Positions 19,305 through 28,352 of a stretch of 64,000 bases of DNA are shown here, piece after piece. This DNA is from Polyangiaceae bacterium (lineage in GTDB: Bacteria; Myxococcota_A; Polyangia; Polyangiales; Polyangiaceae). Each line of letters opens with the position of its first letter. The stretch's first letter is position 1. A model generated the notes under the pieces. That model saw only the letters and a list, made by a program, of their open reading frames with translations. It was not told the DNA's origin and made no database searches. The stretch lies in contig CBDCTZ010000014.1 of assembly GCA_965222375.1 (NCBI GenBank), positions 1,248,001 through 1,312,000 on the forward strand, given 5' to 3'. The translations under genes and the position numbers were made by a program.

Positions 19305-20093
19305 ATGACGGAAGCCACCGGCGTGTACGGAGGGCGCTATCGTGCCCTTGCACTACTTGGCAAGGGGGGCTTTGGCGCAGTGTACCGGGCCGAAGACGCA
19401 AATACGGGGCGTCATGTGGCACTCAAGCTCCTCCACGGCGGATTGGACCAAACGGCCACTCAGCGCTTCGTTCGCAAAGCGCAAATCGTACAGACCCTGG
19501 CCCACCCGAACATCGTCAGAATGTTCGACTTTGGCGAAGACGTTGGCGGGCATTTCATCGTCTACGAATTGCTGGAGGGCGAGACTCTAACGAAGGTGCT
19601 GAAGGCGGGGCCGCTTTCCATCGAGCGGGCCGTCCTTCAGGCTCAGCTGTCGCCTGGGCCCGTCCCGCTGCCCGAGGCGGTGGTGCGATCCGCCTACGCG
19701 TCGGTGATCCGTGACGCGGCACAAAAGTCGAGCGAGGCGCGCCATCAGAACGCGGCGCTGTTCCTTCGAGAGCTCCGATCAGCTGCCGAGGTGGTTGGGG
19801 TTTCGGGGCACCTGCCGGGACAGTCAGGCAGCGCGCCGGGGATCCGAGATGCGGCGACCGTGGCCCACGGGTCCCCCGCCAAAGCCGCCGCCAGTTGCGC
19901 TTGGACCTGCCCAATCCTCCCCGCTGAGCACAGCCCCGGCGCGGCGCAGCTCTTCGCGTGGCCCTTGTTGGCGTTGGGCCACCTCATGGCGACGGGCGCG
20001 CTCGTGGTTGGGGCTGCCATGGCGGACGCGGAAAAAGCCCGAGAACGCACGTGGCGGCCGCTCTCGAATTGCCTCGCTCTGTGCTCCGTCTAA
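19305..20093 (+). pseudogene. Ser/Thr kinase with internal deletion (lacks HRD, DFG and APE); decayed C-terminus
   Basis: GKGGFGAVY, VALK, HPNIV and ELLEGETL present; the sequence then jumps at about 19630 to subdomain X/XI-like text (K..EARHQNA..F..L). Confidence 0.75.
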
Positions 20094-20152
20094 CCTGTGG
20101 CACCCCAATTGCTATGCTTGCGGGCGCCTTCTTTGGGAACGAGGAACACACC

Positions 20153-20752
20153 ATGAATATCCGCAGCTGCGTCGGGGTCGTTTTGGCTTGTTCGGTAATG
20201 TTTGCGCAAGGGTGCGGCGGTCCGCAAGCCGTGCGCGGTGGGGACGTGGAAGGTCTCGATGACGAAGCCATGAGCACGGGTCTCGACAAGCGCGATCTGG
20301 AAGGCGCACTGCACGAGAACATGAACGCGCTTCAGGCGTCCGCTGTCATCAAGCGCTGGCAGAGTGAAAACCAACCGACCGTCGCGGTACTGCCGTTGCG
20401 CAATGAGACGAGCGAACACGTCGATAGCTCGCTGCAGGCGCTGATCAGCGACATCGAAACGAAGTTGGTCAACGCTGGCCACGTGCAGGTCGTGAGCCTA
20501 GAGCGCCAGCCAGAGATCTTGGACGAAGTGCGACGGCAGTATGCTGGTGGCTACGACCCGAGCAACATGGCGCGCTGGGGGAAGCAGATTGGCGCACGCT
20601 ACTTCGTTACTGGGAAGGTGTTCTCCGCTGACGAGCGCAGTGAGGACGAGCGCCGGGTGCAGTACTTCATGTACTTGCAGGTGCTGGATGTCGAGACCGG
20701 CGCGTTGTTGTTCCAAAACAAGACGGAGATCACCAAAGCGCTGGTGCGATAG
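20153..20752 (+). CDS. Penicillin-binding protein activator LpoB-like lipoprotein
   Basis: Lipobox AQGC; STGLDKRDL, LRNETSEHVD, GKQIGARYFVTGK, Y.MYLQVLDVETG; GAGG SD. Confidence 0.85.
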   Translation: MNIRSCVGVVLACSVMFAQGCGGPQAVRGGDVEGLDDEAMSTGLDKRDLEGALHENMNALQASAVIKRWQSENQPTVAVLPLRNETSEHVDSSLQALISDIETKLVNAGHVQVVSLERQPEILDEVRRQYAGGYDPSNMARWGKQIGARYFVTGKVFSADERSEDERRVQYFMYLQVLDVETGALLFQNKTEITKALVR

Positions 20753-20774
20753 GAGCGGGCGCGCGGAGCAGCCC

Positions 20775-22466
20775 ATGCCTCACCCCGCTTGGACGCGCAG
20801 ACTCGGTAACGCTCCTGTCGGAGCTGCTGCGGTGCTGTCCTTGACTCTCGCTTCTTGTGGTGGGCACGCCGCGCGAACCCTGGACGCTCGTGACGCCCTG
20901 GACGCCGGGGATCCAAAGCGGGCGCTCGCGCTGATCAACGAAGAACTGGGCGTGACGCGCGCAGCGGACTTGCCCAAGGACCTGAGTGGCGACCAAGCCA
21001 TCTTGCTTTTGGATCGGGCGATGGTCCTGCAGCAACTCGAGGAGTACAAATTCTCTGCGCGAGACCTGGGCGTTGCGGACAAGCAAGTCGAAGTGCTCGA
21101 CTTGTCTCGCGGTGCCGGCGCTGAGATCGGACGCTACCTATTTAGTGACTCCAGCGGTGCGTACAAGGCACCGGCCTACGAGAAGCTGATGATCAACACC
21201 ATGAACATGGTGAACTACCTGGTGCGTTCCGATCTGTCGGGCGCACGGGTAGAGGCGCGGCGACTGGCGGTGATGCAGCGCTTTCTCGGCGAAACAGAGA
21301 ACCCCGGCGCCTCTTTGCTCGCTCCCGGGAGCTATCTCGCGGGGTTCACCTTCGAGAAGAGCGGGCGCGACGAAGAAGCGCTTCGCTACTACGACGAAGC
21401 CTTGAAGTACGGCAGCTATCGAACCCTAACCGAGCCCATCCGCCGCCTGGCCAAGACAGCTCGCTATCGCAGCCCGCGGATTCGACGGATCTTGGGCGAT
21501 GCGGATCCGTTGCGCGCCCCCAAAGCTGAGCCTCGGGCAAAAAAAAAGAAGGCGAAGCCCACGAAGCCAGCCAAGGCTGCCGCGCGACCTGCGGCCGCCG
21601 CTGTCCCAACGTCTGACAAGGTTGCGCTCGAGTCTGGTTCTGCTGCAGCCCGTAAGCCCGATGGGGTGCCTGCAGCTGCGCAAGACAAGGCAGGCTCGGG
21701 CGCATTGGAAGGAGCGCAAGCAAGAAAGCCATCGGCCGCGAAGAAGACAGACAAGTCCCCGACGGCGAGCAGACAAGCGGGGGAGACGGATACTTCCGCG
21801 GTCGCAAAAGATGCTGTCAAGGGCGCCAGCACTGCGTCTCCAAAGCGAGAACGAGAGGGTTACGGCGAACTCATGGTGGTTGTCAGCTTTGGTCGCGTGC
21901 CCGCCAAGTTCGCCAAGCGAATTCCAATTGGCCTCGCATTGACCTACGCCTCAGGAGCGATCAGCCCCCACGACCGATCCCAAGCCAACGCGTTCGCGAT
22001 GCAAGGTTTGGTGACTTGGGTCAACTACCCGGAACTTGGAAAAGGGCGCGGAAGTTACAGCGTCCCGACCTTCTACCTCGATGGCCAGGGTCAATTCCTG
22101 GAAGGGATCCTGGCAGTCGATCGCGAGGCTCGGCAGGCTTGGGAGCAGGCACGGGGGGCGGTCGTGGGATCAGCCATCACACGGCTGGTCACGCGAATCG
22201 TTGCCGGCGAAGCCGTGCGGCGTGGTTCCGGCGGTGGCGCGTTGGGGCTGTTACTCAGCCTCGGCACGCAGGCAACGCTGACCGCGGCGGACACGCCTGA
22301 TACCCGCAGCTGGGCCACGCTGCCAGCACGTATCGCCTTCGGTCGCGCTTGGGTCAAAGCCGGACGCCACCACATTCGCTTGGGCGCTCGCAGTATCGAG
22401 AAGCGCGGATACATCGATGTGCCTGCGGGGAGCTTTTCGATCGTCAATCTCACGGTGCTGCATTGA
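20775..22466 (+). CDS. COG3014-family TPR-like lipoprotein with Ala/Lys-rich insertion
   Basis: Lipobox LASC; Y.APAYEKLMIN..NYL, GARVEARR, DTRSWATLPARI; follows the LpoB-like gene. Confidence 0.82.
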   Translation: MPHPAWTRRLGNAPVGAAAVLSLTLASCGGHAARTLDARDALDAGDPKRALALINEELGVTRAADLPKDLSGDQAILLLDRAMVLQQLEEYKFSARDLGVADKQVEVLDLSRGAGAEIGRYLFSDSSGAYKAPAYEKLMINTMNMVNYLVRSDLSGARVEARRLAVMQRFLGETENPGASLLAPGSYLAGFTFEKSGRDEEALRYYDEALKYGSYRTLTEPIRRLAKTARYRSPRIRRILGDADPLRAPKAEPRAKKKKAKPTKPAKAAARPAAAAVPTSDKVALESGSAAARKPDGVPAAAQDKAGSGALEGAQARKPSAAKKTDKSPTASRQAGETDTSAVAKDAVKGASTASPKREREGYGELMVVVSFGRVPAKFAKRIPIGLALTYASGAISPHDRSQANAFAMQGLVTWVNYPELGKGRGSYSVPTFYLDGQGQFLEGILAVDREARQAWEQARGAVVGSAITRLVTRIVAGEAVRRGSGGGALGLLLSLGTQATLTAADTPDTRSWATLPARIAFGRAWVKAGRHHIRLGARSIEKRGYIDVPAGSFSIVNLTVLH

Positions 22467-22497
22467 GCGCAGTGCCCCAGCTTGGAATGGTGAAATC

Positions 22498-23283
22498 ATG
22501 AAGTATCGAACACGCAACAAAGGACAGTTCGGCGCAGTGGGCGTGGCGATCATCACGGCGTGGTCGACGGCGGCCGCCGCACAGTGGACGGACGCACCTG
22601 CCGATGGGGACACGGCTCCGGCCTCCGGCGAGGCTCCTGCGTCGGACGCAGCTGCCACAACCGACGAAGCAGCTTCAGCCTCTAACGAGTCTACGAGCGA
22701 GAAAGAGCCACCTAAGATCGACGTCACTACGCCGGAGCCGGAGCCGCCCGTTGCGCGCTCGTACCATGTGCATGATGGCTTCTACTTACGCCTCAACATC
22801 GGCATCGGTGGCCACGCCATCACCTACAACGACGACATCACCGCTTCGGGTGGCTCTGTTGCTTTCGACGCTTTGGTGGGAGGTTCGCCCAACCCCGGGT
22901 TCGCCATTGGAGGTGCGCTGATCGGGGACTACTCTCCGAATCTCGCTCTGGAGGGAACGACCGCTGACCTCGAGGCAAACGTGCAGACCGGTATCATCGG
23001 TGTCTTCATTGACGGCTTTCCCGATCCCAAGGGCGGTTTTCACATCGGCGGCGCTCTCGGACTCGCGAACATCCAGACGGATCCGAGTGCGGGCGACGTT
23101 CGCAATGACACCGGCTTCGGCGGTGCGGCCTGGATCGGCTACGACGCCTGGGTTGGCGACGAGTGGTCCGTGGGCGGCCTGGTTCGCTTTGCCACAGCCG
23201 TGGGGCGTTCCAAGGAGGGCGATCAGGATTTGGACTCCCGGTCCAGCGCTCTCACCTTGCTGTTCACGGCGCTCTATCATTGA
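22498..23283 (+). CDS. Small outer-membrane beta-barrel protein (myxobacterial HDGFYLR family)
   Basis: Signal peptide; HDGFYLRLNIGIG, DGFPDPKGGFHIGG, GYDAWVGDEWSVGG; terminal ALYH. Confidence 0.78.
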   Translation: MKYRTRNKGQFGAVGVAIITAWSTAAAAQWTDAPADGDTAPASGEAPASDAAATTDEAASASNESTSEKEPPKIDVTTPEPEPPVARSYHVHDGFYLRLNIGIGGHAITYNDDITASGGSVAFDALVGGSPNPGFAIGGALIGDYSPNLALEGTTADLEANVQTGIIGVFIDGFPDPKGGFHIGGALGLANIQTDPSAGDVRNDTGFGGAAWIGYDAWVGDEWSVGGLVRFATAVGRSKEGDQDLDSRSSALTLLFTALYH

Positions 23284-23316
23284 GCCGGACGAAGAAACCA
23301 GTGTCGACCCTTCGCA

Positions 23317-24330
23317 CTACTTCTCGTCCTTGGGTTTGGGCACCTGAATGGTCGGCAGCTGCGTTCCCTGGGCGCGGGCGACCGCTCGGTGAGTCCAACC
23401 TTCAATCTCGCCGTCGCCGTAGATGATCATACGGACCGGGATGTCTTTGACATCCTGATCGCCTAGCACGTACATGCGATTGTGCTCGGGGATGGCCTCA
23501 TAGGCCTCCCGAAGAGCGTCGCGCATCTGGACCGTGGGGTTTGCGATGTAGGCAGCATAGGCGTCCTGGCACCGGGCTGAAGAGTCGGGGCGGCCATTGA
23601 GAGTTTCTACGACGTCGCGCAGCTCACTGAGTAGATCCTTTGGCCGCGTAGTGAATCGCGCCTTCTTCACTTCGAAGCTGCCCAGGCCGTGTATGTTCAC
23701 TCGAGAGCCCTTGCGAGGCTTGCTGAAAAGCTCCCGCTTCTTCACGCGCTCCGCCAGTCCGCCCAGGTCCGTCACCACCGGCTCGGGCAGGCGTCCAACC
23801 TCGATTGTTCCGTCCGCGAAAACCCTGACGTCTGCCAGAAACACTTCTCCCTGTTGCTTGTACAGCATCGAGATGCGGTCGCCTCGGATATGACTGCGAT
23901 GGAAATCGTCTGCTTGCCGCAGAGGTCGCTCGCTGGGACTGCCCAAGATCGACACCCGCACCTTGCCGCGCCGCTTCGTGGTCTGCCCGTGACAGTCGTG
24001 GAGATTGTGAAGCTCGGGGTTCAGCTCTGCGACCAACGCCTTCACGTGAGCGAAGAGCTGTTCTTCGCTCAGATCCCACCTGCCCGCACAGGGTTCGAAG
24101 TCGCCCAGCCCGTGCACGCTCAAGTTCGCTCCGTCGGGCACCCCCGGGGTCACCCAACCCGACGCTAGCTTCTCGCGAAACAGCTGCAGGTCCAAGAGCT
24201 CCCAACAATCGACCAGGCCGTCTTCGTAGACCTGCAGGTTCACGAAGAAGTGGCTCGAATTGTGGATAAAAGCGGGAGTGACGAGCCCTATGCGCACGCT
24301 GGTGCGAGAGATGAGTCGCCCGACGGTCAT
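23317..24330 (-). CDS. Hypothetical protein with an internally duplicated domain plus a YEAIPEH..Y.LGD.D.KD module (DUF7638/DUF7639-like, from memory)
   Basis: Repeat 1 FFVNLQVYEDGLVDCW..LSVHGLGDFE; repeat 2 FLADVRVFADGTIEV..VNIHGLGSFE. Confidence 0.8.
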   Translation of the reverse strand: MTVGRLISRTSVRIGLVTPAFIHNSSHFFVNLQVYEDGLVDCWELLDLQLFREKLASGWVTPGVPDGANLSVHGLGDFEPCAGRWDLSEEQLFAHVKALVAELNPELHNLHDCHGQTTKRRGKVRVSILGSPSERPLRQADDFHRSHIRGDRISMLYKQQGEVFLADVRVFADGTIEVGRLPEPVVTDLGGLAERVKKRELFSKPRKGSRVNIHGLGSFEVKKARFTTRPKDLLSELRDVVETLNGRPDSSARCQDAYAAYIANPTVQMRDALREAYEAIPEHNRMYVLGDQDVKDIPVRMIIYGDGEIEGWTHRAVARAQGTQLPTIQVPKPKDEK

Positions 24331-24482
24331 CGGTGCAGCCTAAGGCCGCTACCACCCTCCAGCCAACACGTCTAACCAGTGCCGGCCGGGTTGGCTTGGT
24401 TGCTTCGAAGCTGGCCCGCCGCACATTTGGCTCGAACGGCAGCCCGATTTGTGCCGGCACCGAGCGGCGGTACACTACGACG

Positions 24483-25784
24483 ATGCGCTTACTAGCAATC
24501 TTGGGGGCGGGAGCCTTGTGTTTGTCTTGCTCGAGTTCGGAGGGCGGCGGCGCGGGGGCAGGCGGTGGCTTCCCAGTTGGAGGCAGCGGTGGCCAAAGCG
24601 CTAGTGGCGGTTCGGGTGGCGGCGTCGGCGGATCGACGGGCGGCGCTGCGGGCACGGGTGGCACGATCATCGTTGGCGGCTCTGGCGGTGGCGGTCCCAC
24701 GGAAGTGGTCAGCAGCTTGGAGCTCGAGCGGATCTGGTACATCGCGTCTCAAGGTCAGAACTCCCTGATCGACTTCAACCAGTCTCCGCCGGTCGTGACT
24801 TGTGGAGCGCCAGTGGGTGAGTCAGATGGGTTCGAAGGCACTGGGGTATTCACGGATCCAAAGAACGGCCAGCTGCTCTTCTATACCGACGGCCGCAAGG
24901 TGTTCCACGGGGGGACGAACCAGCTGCTCGCCAACGGGGATGCACTCTCCGGGCACGCCAGCTCGACGGAACCAGCGCTGATTGCTCCTAAGTACGGCAG
25001 TAACGACCAGGAATTCTACATCTTCACCAACTCGACCAACGTTTCCGCGCCGAGCACGATCTCCTACTCGGTGATGGATCTCTCTCAGGGGCCGAACGGA
25101 ACCGTCGTCACCAAGAACCAGCAGCTATTCAACGGCAACCCCGGTGAAGCGTTGGATGTGTTGCCTCATCCCGACGGCAAGTCCTTCTGGGTGCTGGGCT
25201 ACGACACAGCCTCGAACATCCAGTCCTACGTAGTCAACGACCAAGGAGTGAGCGCTACGCCCGTGGTGTCGTCCACGGGTATCAGCGGCCAGGTGAAGCG
25301 AGGTGCCATCAATCACACCCTCGACTACGACACCATCGTGATGGCGATCAATTTCGGCGGCGCCAATGGCGTCATCGCCACCGCCAGCTTCGACCGCCAA
25401 ACCGGCACGATTTCCAACGTGAAGCAACTGCTGACTGGAGACGTCGGCTACCACGCCTCCTTCTCGCCGGATGGCACGAAGCTCTACTTCGTGCGGGGAT
25501 CGGAAGGTTGGTACGGACAGGCATATCAATACGACATCCCGTCCAGTACCGAGACGAAGTTCGGAGGCACCCAGATGGCGGCCGCCAAGCTGGCTCCGAA
25601 CGGCAAGGTCTACTGGGCCAGCAACACCAGCCAACACTTGGGCGTGGTCGATAACCCGGACGCCCTGGGTGCGGCTGCGGGCTTCACCGAGAAGGGACTT
25701 TCCTTGAACGGTTGCACCTCTGGATTCGGCCTGCCGAACCAGACCGCCTCGTACCTGCAGTACCTACCGGAAGTGCCGAAGTAG
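24483..25784 (+). CDS. Lipoprotein with Gly-rich linker and beta-propeller domain
   Basis: Lipobox CLSC; GQLLFYTDG, FYIFT, SFSPDGTKLYF, LAPNGKVY, GLPNQ. Confidence 0.85.
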   Translation: MRLLAILGAGALCLSCSSSEGGGAGAGGGFPVGGSGGQSASGGSGGGVGGSTGGAAGTGGTIIVGGSGGGGPTEVVSSLELERIWYIASQGQNSLIDFNQSPPVVTCGAPVGESDGFEGTGVFTDPKNGQLLFYTDGRKVFHGGTNQLLANGDALSGHASSTEPALIAPKYGSNDQEFYIFTNSTNVSAPSTISYSVMDLSQGPNGTVVTKNQQLFNGNPGEALDVLPHPDGKSFWVLGYDTASNIQSYVVNDQGVSATPVVSSTGISGQVKRGAINHTLDYDTIVMAINFGGANGVIATASFDRQTGTISNVKQLLTGDVGYHASFSPDGTKLYFVRGSEGWYGQAYQYDIPSSTETKFGGTQMAAAKLAPNGKVYWASNTSQHLGVVDNPDALGAAAGFTEKGLSLNGCTSGFGLPNQTASYLQYLPEVPK

Positions 25785-25789
25785 GCGGC

Positions 25790-26707
25790 TCAGTACTGGA
25801 GCACGCTAGGGTCGACACGCAACGACCAGGCCTGAATGCCGCCGGCCAGGTTGTACACATGGCTGAAGCCACGACCTAGAAAGTGTTGCGCCGCCTGCTG
25901 ACTGCGGATCCCATGGTGGCAATAGAAGACCAGCGTGGTGCTCTTGGGCAGCGCGTTCAGCTCGTCGTAGCTGTTGTCGTCGAGCAGAACGGACCTCTCT
26001 AGCTGACAAATCGCCCGCTCTGCCGGTGTTCGCACGTCAACCAGCGTGAGCTGTGCGTTCGCATCCAGTAGCTCTTTCAAAGCCTCGGGCGCGAGCTGCT
26101 GCACCTTCGGTGGCGCGTTTGGGTTGTCGATCTTGAAGGCCTTGCCTCGAGGCGTGTCGATGAAATCAATCTTGGTGCCATCGGCTCGGCGCGCGCTCAT
26201 GGGATCGAGCACGACGGTTACCTTCTCAGTCACAGCCTGCACATCGCCGGGCCCCAGCTCGCCGATGATGAGCTCGTGCTCGAAGCTTGGGCTCACGCCA
26301 AATCGCACCACTTCCTGGGTTCCGGCCGTGGCCCCGGCCAGGGCCGCCGCGGCCCGCGTAGTCACGATCAGGCCGGGAGGCTCGACCTCTGCGGCTTCGA
26401 CGCCAAGGGTATCCGCCAAGCTGCCTTGTTCGAACATCTCGGTCACGATGTCGCAGCCGCCCAGGAACTGACCCTTGGCGTAGAGCTGCGGGATCGTCGG
26501 CCAAGACGAGAGCACTTTGATGCCTTCTCGCACGTCGGGATCCTCCAGCACGTTCACTGTCTCGTAGTCTGGGACCAAGGTGTCCAGCATCTGGACCACC
26601 CGCGCAGAAAAGCCGCATTGCGGAGCATGGCGCTCTCCCTTCATGAAGAGCACGACATCGTGGCTGTCGATCTTGGCTTGTAGGCGCGCGCGTAGGGCAG
26701 GGCTCAT
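25790..26707 (-). CDS. grxD: Fusion of monothiol glutaredoxin (CGFS), Cys-less IscA/HesB-like domain and rhodanese
   Basis: VLFMKG..PQCGFS, WPTIPQLY..GGCD; VVLDPMSARRADGTKIDF..FKIDNPNA; DVRT..E, YCHHGIRS, NLAGGIQAW. Confidence 0.93.
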   Translation of the reverse strand: MSPALRARLQAKIDSHDVVLFMKGERHAPQCGFSARVVQMLDTLVPDYETVNVLEDPDVREGIKVLSSWPTIPQLYAKGQFLGGCDIVTEMFEQGSLADTLGVEAAEVEPPGLIVTTRAAAALAGATAGTQEVVRFGVSPSFEHELIIGELGPGDVQAVTEKVTVVLDPMSARRADGTKIDFIDTPRGKAFKIDNPNAPPKVQQLAPEALKELLDANAQLTLVDVRTPAERAICQLERSVLLDDNSYDELNALPKSTTLVFYCHHGIRSQQAAQHFLGRGFSHVYNLAGGIQAWSLRVDPSVLQY

Positions 26708-26795
26708 GACAGAGCGCATGGTGCAGACGCGCCGACGTGTCAAACCCTGCGCTACTGGCGACACGAGTGCTCGACGGGCCGCGTCAGTTCCATCT

Positions 26796-27890
26796 TCATG
26801 GAGGGGTGGGCGCAGTGGTTTTCGCGGCCTTCTTTTTTCGAAATCGCCAATCCGGATGCGGCGTTGGGGGCACGCTACGGTCCATTTTCGGCGTACCCCA
26901 CGCGGGCTCGAGCACTTCGGTCACGATCCGCGGCATCACGAACAGTTGCGCGCAGTGCGCTGGCTTGTCCTTCCCGCTGAAGCCCCAAACGTGCAGCCCC
27001 TTTACATCCACAGCGGAGGTTTGAGCGAAGGGGGTCTCGTCGGGCTTGATGGCTTTGGCGGCGACGCCCAGTTCTTCCAACAATTGCGCTGCGGTCGTGC
27101 CTGTAGCGGGAAAAACGAAAGGGTCGACGGCGCTGTGGGTCAACACGAAGATGGTCTCACCCCGCTTGGCGCGCTCCGCGTAGGCGAGCTCGTGCTTCAA
27201 GAAGCGCGCGTCCAAACTGCTCGGCTGCTGTGCGCGCTTGGCGCCCTGCTTCCACGCGCCGTGCAGCCCGTCCAGGATCACCACCGCGTCGATGCCCTCG
27301 TGCTTCTGGGCCAAGATCTTGCTGACCGCCGCAGTGCCAGCACTCCATGAGCTGATCGCCAAGCGTCGAATGTGTGCTGATTGCTTGCCGGACTTTTGCT
27401 TCAGCTTCTTTTCGATGGCTTCCCTGAGCAGTGGGAAGACCAGATCCGAGCCAAGGGCGCGGGAATAGGGGCCACCGCCGCCAGTGCCCTTGTCGACCAG
27501 TACCAACGTCATCCCGCCAGCGGTTTGCACCAACACCTTGCGCACAGCATCTGCGCCATTGAAGTGGATCAACACGTCGTAGCCCATGTCCGGCGTGTGC
27601 CCGCCCTTTTGCGGAATCAGCATCTTGCCCAGAGGCAGGCGCTCGAAGGGTGCGTAGGGCCCGAGGCCCAGAGGGTCATGGGGATTGCACTCGTGAAAGC
27701 CTTTGGCCCGCAGCTCATCGGTTAGCGGTGCGACGGATAGCTTCTTGGGCGCGGCAACCACTTTCGGAAGCGTCGGCACGGGCACGCGTCGCAGGACCTC
27801 CACCCTCGAAGGCCGCTCGGAGCAAGCCGAGCTGCCCGTGAGTACGGCGGAGATCACGGCGAGCATGGCGAGGCGTGGCAAAGAGGTCAT
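26796..27890 (-). CDS. Exported or lipoprotein alpha/beta-hydrolase-like protein
   Basis: Signal ending SSAC; YDVLIHFNG, nucleophile-elbow-like ISSWSAG, VILDGLH, AHCAQL. Confidence 0.7.
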   Translation of the reverse strand: MTSLPRLAMLAVISAVLTGSSACSERPSRVEVLRRVPVPTLPKVVAAPKKLSVAPLTDELRAKGFHECNPHDPLGLGPYAPFERLPLGKMLIPQKGGHTPDMGYDVLIHFNGADAVRKVLVQTAGGMTLVLVDKGTGGGGPYSRALGSDLVFPLLREAIEKKLKQKSGKQSAHIRRLAISSWSAGTAAVSKILAQKHEGIDAVVILDGLHGAWKQGAKRAQQPSSLDARFLKHELAYAERAKRGETIFVLTHSAVDPFVFPATGTTAAQLLEELGVAAKAIKPDETPFAQTSAVDVKGLHVWGFSGKDKPAHCAQLFVMPRIVTEVLEPAWGTPKMDRSVPPTPHPDWRFRKKKAAKTTAPTPP

Positions 27891-28116
27891 GAGCGTGACG
27901 ACATCGGGCCGGCCGGGGCGTGCGATCCCGCGGCGTGATACCCACACACGTGCCTTGTAGCCCCCAGCGGCTCGCTGCGTCGAGCCAGGCTCAGGCCCTC
28001 TGGATTGGTTGGGTGCCCCCGCACTGCACGTCCGATACGGTCGGCGTCCCCGGCCCTATTCTCCGGCGCATCCGGAGCTATCACCCCATCGAATGCGCTT
28101 CCGTAGCGTTTTCGAC

Positions 28117-28256
28117 GGGGACGCCGGCGTCCCCAAACGCGGCCGCTGCGCGCCCGCCCGGGGGACGCCGGCGCCCCCAAACGCGGCCGCTGCGCGCCCG
28201 CCCGGGGGACGCCGGCGCCCCCAAACGCGGCCGCTGCGTGCCCGCCCGGGGGACGC
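28117..28256. repeat. REP-like tandem array: 3 x 44 bp plus a partial unit, each starting with an 18-bp palindrome
   Basis: Units at 28117, 28161 and 28205; GGGGACGCCGGCGTCCCC is a perfect palindrome in unit 1 and has one mismatch in units 2 and 3. Confidence 0.92.
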
Positions 28257-28352
28257 GACAACCCGGGGCCCAATTCTCATGCACCCCAGTGGCTTGCGTG
28301 ATGCGCGCAGGAGTGGCAGACCAGGGTCACACTTTCTTGGAGGGTCCAGACC

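Noticed and set aside
28117..28256. CRISPR array
   Set aside because: Sequences between the palindromes are near-identical (no unique spacers), there are only 3 units, and no cas genes are present.
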